Assembly: GCA_964010765.1 (NCBI GenBank)
Contig: CAXGMD010000079.1
Location: forward strand, 1-14,524
DNA from: an uncultured bacterium
Lineage (GTDB): Bacteria > SAR324 > NAC60-12
DNA length: 14,524 nucleotides
Reading direction: 5' to 3'
How positions within the stretch are numbered: the first letter of the stretch is position 1; the number at the start of each line of letters is the position of its first letter. Shown here one piece after another: positions 1 to 7,647 of the stretch. The notes below the pieces were generated by a model. It did not search any database, was not told the DNA's origin, and was given only the letters and a program-made list of their open reading frames with translations. The position numbers and the translations under genes are program-made.

Positions 1-163
1 ATCGGGGAAATATCAAACACTCACTGTGGAAAGATTAATCCATACTGGGCCAGTTTGTCATCAATCTGAAGGACTATTCGCCAGCAGAGTGTCTGCCTGA
101 TTCCCATTGAACCCAGATAGAGAGGCCCGATTATCATCTAAACATCAATCATCTGGAGGCACT

Positions 164-448
164 ATGCCGATCACCATCGATGAGATTGTAGATAAAGGTA
201 AGCAGCGCAAACAACTACTGACACTGGCAGAAAAGCAGGAAATTGCTGATCAAGCTCGAGGAATAGGCCAGCAGGGTCAGTGGGAAGAACTGATTCAGGA
301 ATTACGTGAAGATCCCGAACTACAGGGTTTTTTTGAAGACGATCAACGGATAGCGGGACAGTCAGAAGAAGCAGGCTTTGACATTATTCGGGAGTTAACT
401 CGTGAGACAGCTCAGGTAGCAACACTAGAAGGTAAGGATTTAAATTGA
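164..448 (+). CDS. Hypothetical acidic, helical-looking protein (94 aa)
   Basis: ORF 107..448; better start is ATG at 164 with GGAGG at 155-159. Protein-like composition (E/Q/D rich), followed by a hairpin. No family recognised. Confidence 0.7.
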   Translation: MPITIDEIVDKGKQRKQLLTLAEKQEIADQARGIGQQGQWEELIQELREDPELQGFFEDDQRIAGQSEEAGFDIIRELTRETAQVATLEGKDLN

Positions 449-451
449 CCT

Positions 452-471
452 TGAGGCTGTTTCAGCCCTCA
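452..471. terminator. Hairpin between convergent genes (possible bidirectional terminator)
   Basis: TGAGGCTG-ttt-CAGCCCTCA inverted repeat with one bulged C, at the junction of 164..448(+) and 469..663(-). No clear U-tract. Confidence 0.4.
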
Positions 472-663
472 TACATGAGGTTCATGGTGCCCATGAGCCA
501 AGGCAGGATCAACGTTGTAGGTATCTTTGCGCTTTTTGTAATTCGGTAGCTCATTCCTTTTTCTGCCCAAAACTTTAAAGTAGGCAAACATCGTGATAAT
601 CGATGCGCCGGTCATAGCAGTAACAGCCAGAAACAAAAGAGCTACTAAGTCAAATCCGTTCAT
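469..663 (-). CDS. Small single-pass membrane protein (64 aa) with basic cytoplasmic segment and His-rich tail
   Basis: Hydrophobic run LVALLFLAVTAMTGASIITMFAYF, then basic KVLGRKR...KKRK (positive-inside pattern), C-terminal HGHHEPHV. GGTGA lies just upstream of the ATG. Confidence 0.65.
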   Translation of the reverse strand: MNGFDLVALLFLAVTAMTGASIITMFAYFKVLGRKRNELPNYKKRKDTYNVDPALAHGHHEPHV

Positions 664-1032
664 TGTTCACCGAGTATTTGTAGTTGAATTTAGGAGAGGC
701 TCTTCAACCTCTTCATTGATGGTTGATAGCTCAACTCAAAAGGAACGTTGGGTCAGTAGGGCCTTGACTGCCTTAAAAGAGTCACAAAAAAACTGAAGAC
801 CAGTGGCAATTTTTAGTATGAAAAAACGTGCCTTAGTCAATATTAGCTTAACAGCCTTGTGCTTGAGAAAGTATAGGTAAATTTATTTCTGTCTTGTTTT
901 GGGCTCAGTCAAACACCTTACAAATTTACTAATTACTTTACACTGCCGCATAAGTAATTCATATATTATCTCGGACATTGAAAAAATTTATGAGTAAAAA
1001 GACTTTCGATCCCTCTGATTTTTTGCATTCTT

Positions 1033-2248
1033 TTAAGAGTGCAGTTCCACAATCTGAGGAATGTAAATCGTCAGAGTCGTTCCTCCAATGTCATTATTCC
1101 CCAATTCAAGAGTGCCCTGAAGATGTTAGTTGGTCAGCATCTTGGAAATGAAAAGTCCAAGTCCAGTATTATTGCGATCCTGCTTCGTCGAGTAAAAAGG
1201 TTTGAATACTGTCCAGAAATCTCCATCCAAAATCCCTCCTCCTGTATCTGAGATCTCAATCTTCTTCCCTAATTTGTAGTCTTCAACTCGGAAGATGATC
1301 TTGTCTTCTCTTTGCTTAATTCGATTAGTATTTCTTTGAATCGCTTCAATAGCATTGTCCAAAAGTTCACCAAAAATCCTTTGAATACTGCGAGTATGTG
1401 GAGTGCTGAAATCATTTAAGTTTTGAGGAACTTGGATGTAATATTTGATATTCTCTTTCTCCATGACTTCTTGACGATCCATAAATTGCTTTTGAATCTG
1501 CTGCTGAAAATCAAAGATGCGGTTCTTCTCCTCCGGAGCAGTGATGAAGATTTTACGATATTCCTGAATGGTATTAGATAAATCTCTGGCTGATTCTTGA
1601 ATATCATTCAAAGCATTTAATAATGAGGTGTCTTTTTCTTTTTTGAGTTCATGAGAGACTGCTAAGTTAGCAGCTTTCAGCGTGATGATCTGGAGGGGTT
1701 GTTTCCAATGATGCCCTAATAGATTGGATCTCTCCCATTGAATTCAGTTCTTCTAAGGATTTCTCAAACTCTTTGTTTTTGTGATCAGTGGTATCCATAG
1801 TTACCCCTGTCATCGCAATGATGTTCCCGTCATCATCAAGAATTGGAAACACGCTGGATTGAACCCAGCGAATCTTTCGGTCTCTCTGTCGAATTATCCT
1901 AAAATCACAGGTGACCTGCTGCTTATTGCTCATCACATCTTGGCGGATTTTCTCAACTACCCAAGTGTCTTCTGGCACAACATAATTAAATAGAAAATCC
2001 TCATATTTGACAGCTTGATCTTGGGGAAGACCGTACACTTCATAAATGCCCCCAGAGACATGGAAAGTCATTGCTTGAGTATCAAAAGTCCATACACCTG
2101 CATTGGTCATTGCTTGAAGTTGGTTAAACATCTCCTTTTCAAAGATCAGTTGCCCAACTCCAGCTTCTTTTCGCTCATTCTTGATTTCTTCTAGTCGCTG
2201 CAGCTTTTTTTCACGATAGTCGTCTCGAGGCAGATCACCTTTGATCAT
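1033..2248 (-). pseudogene. PAS-domain sensor histidine kinase (PAS-HisKA-HATPase_c), disrupted by a frameshift and a premature stop
   Basis: ORF 1667..2248 is a PAS/PAC domain (GVWTFD...FRIIR...IRWVQS...GVTMDTT). After SMGEI (about 1728) the frame shifts to SNLLGHHWKQPLQ (H-box), which runs in frame into ORF 1126..1611 (N-box ELLDNAIEA, G1 DTGGGI, F-box FKPFYSTK, G2 TGLGL). Reading through TAA at 1126-1128 gives HLQGTLELGNNDIGGTTLTIYIPQIVELHS* ending at 1033, a normal HATPase C-terminus. Confidence 0.9.
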
Positions 2249-2342
2249 ATAACATAAGTTTTTAGGGTTAGGGACCGCATAACAATCAATTCTCTGAAAG
2301 ACAAAATGTTAACCTTTCAAAAGATTTGAAGTGAATGTGTAC

Positions 2343-2885
2343 TCAGAATCCCTCTCTGCGAAGGTCTGCAGTTCCTGTAGGCCATTGAGCACTAGCAGGA
2401 TATACCATTACATATTCATCCCAAAATGGATTTTTGGAAGGGTCTGATTGATTATTGGAGTTAATGAATTTGTTCTTAATTACCTTGCAGCCGAGCTTTT
2501 CGTAGAAATGAGGTATGCCTGTTTGAAAAAGACAAGAGGGGTATTCTTTTGAGTCTATCCTTTTGAAGACAGCCTCTACAATTGCTCTTCCATATCCTTT
2601 CCTTCTCCAATCTGGATGAACGTTTAGTCCTCCAAGCCCCAAGACCACTAAACAATTGCTCTCAATTTTAATGGTGAGCCGAATTGACTCTGCATAGCCA
2701 ACCAGTTCTTTGCCTTGATAAAGGCAGTAGCAAATCTTTTCTGAATGATCATCATAAAATCCTGCAACTTTCTCTTCTACTGACTTCTCTGTGTCATCAT
2801 CAGGCCATGTGAGATTAATTAGCTCTAATATATCAACAACTTGATTTCTTTTAATGTCTGAAGAAGGGCTCTCTATAAGTTGCAT
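2343..2885 (-). CDS. GNAT family N-acetyltransferase
   Basis: Acetyl-CoA-binding motif A LNVHPDWRRKGYGRAIV and motif B FYEKLG; 180 aa. Confidence 0.88.
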   Translation of the reverse strand: MQLIESPSSDIKRNQVVDILELINLTWPDDDTEKSVEEKVAGFYDDHSEKICYCLYQGKELVGYAESIRLTIKIESNCLVVLGLGGLNVHPDWRRKGYGRAIVEAVFKRIDSKEYPSCLFQTGIPHFYEKLGCKVIKNKFINSNNQSDPSKNPFWDEYVMVYPASAQWPTGTADLRREGF

Positions 2886-3074
2886 TGATCACTCTGGGTC
2901 TACGATTATTTGGGCGTCAAGTTTGCGATTCAAGATACCAATTTTTGCCCAAGACATTCTTCCACAGGAGCTTGGTACCTAGTTCCCAGCATACCAATAG
3001 GCTAGCTGTTCTTGATGATAATTAGGCCAAAAAAGCAGTAGTGATCTAGACAAAATGTTAGTTTCTTACTTCGA

Positions 3075-3698
3075 TTATTCTTGCCAAGTATTGAAACAAA
3101 ATTGATTGGGGATTTCCTCTTTGTCGTCGTCTTCAATCTTTTGAAGTAAGGTAAAAAGCTTCTCTTTGAAATCCTCACTAACTTCTAAGTTGTTGTTCGT
3201 TTGACTCGCTACCGTTAGAAAGTGTTTGAAATCTCTTCCTAATTTTCTACCTGCTTCCGTATGCATATCAATGGCAAAATCAGGGATAATAGGCTTCTTC
3301 CCAAACCGAAATTCATTAATAACAATGTTCTTTATATGATCACTAGTGCGGTCTTTTTTGGCTGCACAAAGGTATCGAATGGCGTGTACAAAAAATAAAG
3401 GACGATCGCCATCGTTATACGGGAAATTCTGCCGCATCTGATTCAATGTATTGATTAATATCGGTGAGTTCAAATCGCCAAAGCCAACATCTTCAACGGA
3501 GATTGCCTGTAATCTCCTCCAGAGTTTATCTTCGAATTGAGAACTTGTAATATACATCTCAAAGCCAAAACTTATGGCTTCCTCGGTCATTCCTCTTCTA
3601 ATTGATTTTTGAAGAGCAGAGATAATCAGATCTCCCTTTATGCCATTTCTAGTCGTAATATTTTGCCAAGGATCATAAGACATGAATTCTTCCATCAT
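3075..3698 (-). CDS. Stand-alone RarA/MgsA C-terminal-domain-like protein (no AAA+ ATPase module)
   Basis: ISALQKSIRRG and WRRLQAISVEDVG match the RarA/MgsA helical domain (ISAxxKSxRGS...RRL...ASEDIG). No Walker A/B motif in the 207 aa. Carries a PDFAIDMHTxxGRxxGR motif. Start could be 3698, 3695 or 3683. Confidence 0.75.
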   Translation of the reverse strand: MMEEFMSYDPWQNITTRNGIKGDLIISALQKSIRRGMTEEAISFGFEMYITSSQFEDKLWRRLQAISVEDVGFGDLNSPILINTLNQMRQNFPYNDGDRPLFFVHAIRYLCAAKKDRTSDHIKNIVINEFRFGKKPIIPDFAIDMHTEAGRKLGRDFKHFLTVASQTNNNLEVSEDFKEKLFTLLQKIEDDDKEEIPNQFCFNTWQE

Positions 3699-3806
3699 TC
3701 CCTCAATTTTTTGCTAGTTAGTCCAGGAGATCTTCATAAATTGTAGTTCGGTTAGCTACATAAATTACGCTGCTATGTTTTTAAAAATGCCATTAACTCT
3801 AGCGAT

Positions 3807-3822
3807 AGTTAGCAAACTAACT
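3807..3822. promoter_or_regulatory. Palindromic operator-like site, MarR/SlyA type
   Basis: AGTTAG-caaa-CTAACT has perfect 6-bp arms. Core TTAGCAAACTAA differs by one base from the SlyA box TTAGCAAGCTAA. About 110 bp upstream of the 3075..3698 gene. Confidence 0.4.
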
Positions 3823-4252
3823 CGCCATGCTGAATTTGTATCGTGTAGATTGAAGATTGTAGCCATTGATGATTTAGGTAAATCTTGAACTCTACTAAGG
3901 GGGAAAATTCTACTTTGGATGATTCAGGAAAGGAAAAGACAGGGACGTTTTCGCCGAAGCATTGTTGAATTTATGGATTAGTAGTTTCAAAGAAATTCTA
4001 ACATCCTTTTGGACTTACTCTGATACAGTGTTTTACAAAGAAAACAAGTCAGGTAATGCCTAAGTCGACAATTGATTGATTCAAACTGAGTCGTGAATTA
4101 CTTGCATTGGTGATGCAAAACTGTGGTGATGAGATTTTCATAGGTTTAAAGAAAGTCTGTGCTATAGCCCATGGAATCAAGCCCTTCCATTACATAAAAA
4201 GCCCCTTAGCGTCTAGATCAACTCTTTGCAATAGACTAAGCCAAGTACTTTG

Positions 4253-4588
4253 TCAAAAGTAGAAACTATTGCTATCGATATCTGGCATTTGGACTTTTTT
4301 AGCGACAAAGTTGCAGAGTCCCTGGACCTCCATAAATGAGCGGGCCTTTGTCTTAGATTGGTTGAGTTGTGACTGCCCAGCGGGCTGGACAAGCCATTGG
4401 GAAACTTCACTTAAAGCACCCTGAGGATTCTGCAAATGGCTCTGAGCATTAGTCCTCGGGGTATAGCTTTTGGTCCTGTTCTTTGAGGGAAAGATCCTTG
4501 CCTCTGTGGAGCGTCTAAAAGGTTCATCGACAAGCCTGGCAGCGGTAGCTTTGAACTGCTGGGTTCTTACCAAAGAGGATATAGTCAT
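4253..4588 (-). CDS. Hypothetical protein or remnant of a degraded gene (111 aa)
   Basis: Longest ORF in the 3700-4760 gap and locally higher in GC. No RBS or family recognised. Confidence 0.3.
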   Translation of the reverse strand: MTISSLVRTQQFKATAARLVDEPFRRSTEARIFPSKNRTKSYTPRTNAQSHLQNPQGALSEVSQWLVQPAGQSQLNQSKTKARSFMEVQGLCNFVAKKVQMPDIDSNSFYF

Positions 4589-4760
4589 GATGAGCGCAGT
4601 GAAGACATTACATTGTTAGTTCTGCAAATCTCTCAGACGACTTCATTTTTATAAACGACGCAACTGCGCCAACCACAGATTTTCCAATGTATCATAAAAT
4701 TTATGGTGAAAAATCCAATCACCTACAAGAAAACCCCAAATTTGTATCAGTGAGTATAAA

Positions 4761-5930
4761 TTAGCTTATATTGGTTCTATTTTCCTCAGCTGTCATTATT
4801 TTAATTAAAAAGAGACCACTCAAGGCCCAGATAAAACATAGGATATACATATTAAAAGTGAGGCCAAAATTTTTAGCTGTGTAACCTACTATAGCAGGAC
4901 CAAAAATAAATCCTGAGAAGCCAAGGGTTGATAAATTTGATACTGTTAAAGAAATTGGTTCGGTTGTTACTTTGATTGCTTGGTGTATCACAACAGAAAT
5001 AAAGTTTGCTGTAAATAGCCCAAACAAAACTAATGCTGGAATAATTATGTATAAGTTTGAAGTCAGTATACTTGAAAACAAAATGATTGCTCCAATAATA
5101 GGTAAATAGCCACCAACAATTTTCTCTCCAAGAAACTTTATAAAAATACTTGCTGCTAATCTCGCAATTATTTCACCCGAATTAAAGAAAACGATCACAA
5201 GGCCACCTAGGAAAAGTGGCGCTGCTAAATCTTTTGTTAACCATAAAGAAGACCAGTCAATAATTATTCCAATAGAGGCAAAATTCATCATCCACAGAAC
5301 ACCAAAAATTAGGGTCCTTTTTTCAGGTAATTTAAACTTTCTAACCGGATCTTTACTTTCTTCATCTTTTGGTAACCCAAGAAAATAAATAGCGATAACT
5401 GATAGTAAAATGAAGCCACCCATTACAGTAAAAGTAAATTGGGGTTCAATGCCTTTTTGTATCACATAAGCTGCCCCAAGTGCTCCAGATAGTGATCCTG
5501 CACTGAAACAAGCTTGGTAAATAGGAGTATAAATTTTATTCGTTTTACTTTCTATATACGAAACTTGGGTCTGATTACTTGGAATAACAAATCCAATCGC
5601 TGCACCGAAAGGAATTGATACAAGCATAAATGTAAAATAAGAACTAACTGAAACAAGTAGTAAAGGACATACAGCAAGAATAGTTGTCCCAATCATAATT
5701 ATATTTCTGGTCCCAATTTTTGGTACGATGAGCCTTCCAGTAATTTGATTACTAATCAGGTTGAAAATACCAAATAAAAAAAGCCATAATCCCAAATCAG
5801 TTTCGACAAGCTTTAGCCGATCTAAATTCCAAGGAATATAAACAAAATAGATTCCTAAGGTAAAAAAGAATATATATGCATTCTGCATTGAAGCTATGAT
5901 TGCATTCCGGTATGTTTTGTTTTTAGCCAT
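4761..5930 (-). CDS. MFS transporter (about 12 TM helices)
   Basis: 389 aa with alternating hydrophobic helices. Motif A-like loop GRLIVPKIGTR and its C-terminal repeat ASIFIKFLGEK; GFIFGPAIVG helix. AAGGA RBS upstream. Confidence 0.9.
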   Translation of the reverse strand: MAKNKTYRNAIIASMQNAYIFFFTLGIYFVYIPWNLDRLKLVETDLGLWLFLFGIFNLISNQITGRLIVPKIGTRNIIMIGTTILAVCPLLLVSVSSYFTFMLVSIPFGAAIGFVIPSNQTQVSYIESKTNKIYTPIYQACFSAGSLSGALGAAYVIQKGIEPQFTFTVMGGFILLSVIAIYFLGLPKDEESKDPVRKFKLPEKRTLIFGVLWMMNFASIGIIIDWSSLWLTKDLAAPLFLGGLVIVFFNSGEIIARLAASIFIKFLGEKIVGGYLPIIGAIILFSSILTSNLYIIIPALVLFGLFTANFISVVIHQAIKVTTEPISLTVSNLSTLGFSGFIFGPAIVGYTAKNFGLTFNMYILCFIWALSGLFLIKIMTAEENRTNIS

Positions 5931-6612
5931 TTTTTAAATTCCTTAAATTCGTATGCTTATTTGCTTGCCCTCACAAGGCTATCAAGTTTATCTGTAAATT
6001 AGTCAAGCTACTAGTTGGCAAGCAGTCTAAATCCTTTGAGTCCATCAAATATTCATCGCTTCGATCTCGCTCGAAACAAATTGACCAGAGTTGACCCCGT
6101 CGGTTTTCGATTTCTTATCATCTCAGAAAACAGCACCTTAATTAACCATTCCAAATAGTTTTCAGTGAAAATTATCCAGAAATCAATCAGTAGCATTTAG
6201 CCAATTTTCATTTAGCTAATTGGGAACAAAAGGAAAGGTTTGGGAAAAGATGTGAAGATTTGGTGTAAAGTTGCCAAAATATCTGAATTTAGAAAATTTC
6301 TCTGTATACCCCCATTTCTGAGGAGGGAGAATATATTTTGGCGGAGACTTTATGAGCCAGTCCTTCAAAAGATGGTGGCCAGTTTTGTTGATTGAGATAA
6401 ATTCTTGGGGAAAATATTCTTTTACGGTTTGTCGCCGAAATTCTGAATTGCAACGAGCAGTTTTAAACTTGGTTCCAAATATTAAAACAATTCCTTAGAT
6501 TGATGCTTCAAAGCCTCCTTTGAAATTTAGGTTCTGTGCTGAAAAGAAGTTACTGAATTTTGGAATGCTGGACACGTATAGTAGCTTTCGTCAATAAATA
6601 GGGGAGATTAGG

Positions 6613-6640
6613 GGGAGTTCGACTCTCCCCTCTGCTACCA
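6613..6640 (+). mobile_element. Isolated tRNA 3' fragment (T-arm, acceptor 3' strand, CCA); probable att site at the right end of a tRNA-integrated island
   Basis: GGGAG-TTCGACT-CTCCC-CTCTGCT-A-CCA has the canonical 5/7/5/7/1/3 spacing of tRNA positions 49-76. No D-arm or anticodon arm in the preceding 50 nt. It coincides with the composition and gene-content switch. Confidence 0.65.
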
Positions 6641-6696
6641 AAAAACCACCCTTCATCTCTATCAATAAAAATAAAGGCCCCCTGAACATTTAGAAG

Positions 6697-7647
6697 TCAT
6701 TTTCCAAGTTTTTCCTCACCTTCTTTTTTTGCGCTCACCAAAAGAGCCAAGCGCTGATTGCGCCAGTGTTGTCGATCCAACAACTTCTCTGCCGGGAGGT
6801 GCTCCCGACGCTCTCGTTCTACCTTGGCAAGTAGCGCGTCTCCCCATACGCGAGGATCTGCCTGTTCTTGGGCCAATTCGTAGTAGAGTGGTCCAAAATT
6901 TTCGCAATACCCTCGTATTCCAGTTGGCGAATTGAGATCAATTGTTTCGAAGGGTCCCATAAAAGACCAGCGCAGGCCGAGGCCTTCTGCAATAGAGGTG
7001 TCGATATCTCTAGCAGAGCAGATTCCATCCTCAACGAGACGGAACGCCTCGGCCAGTAGAGCGCCCTGGAGTCGATTAGCAACAAATCCATTGATCTCAC
7101 GATTTAATTGAATAGGTGCCTGATTCACTTGTTGCATCAGTTCAGAGGTTTTCTCCAAAACGCTCGCAGCCGTCCAAGGTGCGGGTACCAATTCGACCAA
7201 GGGTACAAGATGTGGAGGGTTGATCGGATGAGCAACAAGGCATCGCTCTCTGGATTGTAGATTCTCCGTAAAAAGAGAAGCAACGATGCCAGAGGTGGAG
7301 CTGGCCAATACAGTTTGTGGTCCCACTAGTCGGTCTATTTGGAGATAGAGTTCCTGTTTAACCTCCACCCGTTCTGGAGCGTTTTCTTGAAGGTGGTCTG
7401 CTCCATCAAGGACTTCCTCCAAACTATCAGAAGCGTGAACCCTTCCGTAGACTTCTTCCATAGAACAGCCATTTAGCAGGTTTTCTTCTTCCAAACTCGG
7501 AAGACCTTCCTTGATCAACTTGATGGCAGTTGAAACTGCATCATCTATCGGGTCCCAAAGCCAGACCTCAAAACCTGCCCTTGCAAAGACAATCGACCAA
7601 CTTCGGCCAATCAATCCGGTGCCCACAATCGCGACTTTCTTCGACAT
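6697..7647 (-). CDS. 3-hydroxyacyl-CoA dehydrogenase family protein, lambda-crystallin/L-gulonate 3-dehydrogenase-like
   Basis: Rossmann VAIVGTGLIG, ENAPE..EVKQ, ASSTS, catalytic HPINPP, GFVANRLQ, GLGLRWSFMGPFE. ATG at 7647 has an AAGGA RBS; the ORF track extends to TTG 7683. Confidence 0.9.
   Translation of the reverse strand: MSKKVAIVGTGLIGRSWSIVFARAGFEVWLWDPIDDAVSTAIKLIKEGLPSLEEENLLNGCSMEEVYGRVHASDSLEEVLDGADHLQENAPERVEVKQELYLQIDRLVGPQTVLASSTSGIVASLFTENLQSRERCLVAHPINPPHLVPLVELVPAPWTAASVLEKTSELMQQVNQAPIQLNREINGFVANRLQGALLAEAFRLVEDGICSARDIDTSIAEGLGLRWSFMGPFETIDLNSPTGIRGYCENFGPLYYELAQEQADPRVWGDALLAKVERERREHLPAEKLLDRQHWRNQRLALLVSAKKEGEEKLGK

Noticed and set aside
1..100. Possible 3' end of a CDS entering the window
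   Set aside because: All three + frames give short peptides with no recognisable motif, so no frame can be chosen.
593..1993. Short ORFs 593..796, 1039..1251, 1416..1607, 1781..1993
   Set aside because: Antisense or off-frame shadows of the membrane microprotein and the kinase pseudogene.
2262..2273. TTAGGGTTAGGG telomere-like repeat
   Set aside because: Only two units in a bacterial context; chance is sufficient.
2247..2274. ATATAACATAA resembling an XerD half-site of dif
   Set aside because: No XerC half-site 6 bp away.
3900..4290. Possible degraded tyrosine integrase on + (KGKDRDVF, GIKPFHYIK fragments)
   Set aside because: Needs several frameshifts and shows no intact HxxR or LGH motif. 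The minus strand reads equally well as a decayed gene. A frameshift-aware HMM or tBLASTn search would decide.
6340..6640. Canonical tmRNA or complete tRNA
   Set aside because: Lacks GGGG start, G3-U70 and ...CUCCACCA; no cloverleaf can be built from the 76-95 nt ending at 6640.
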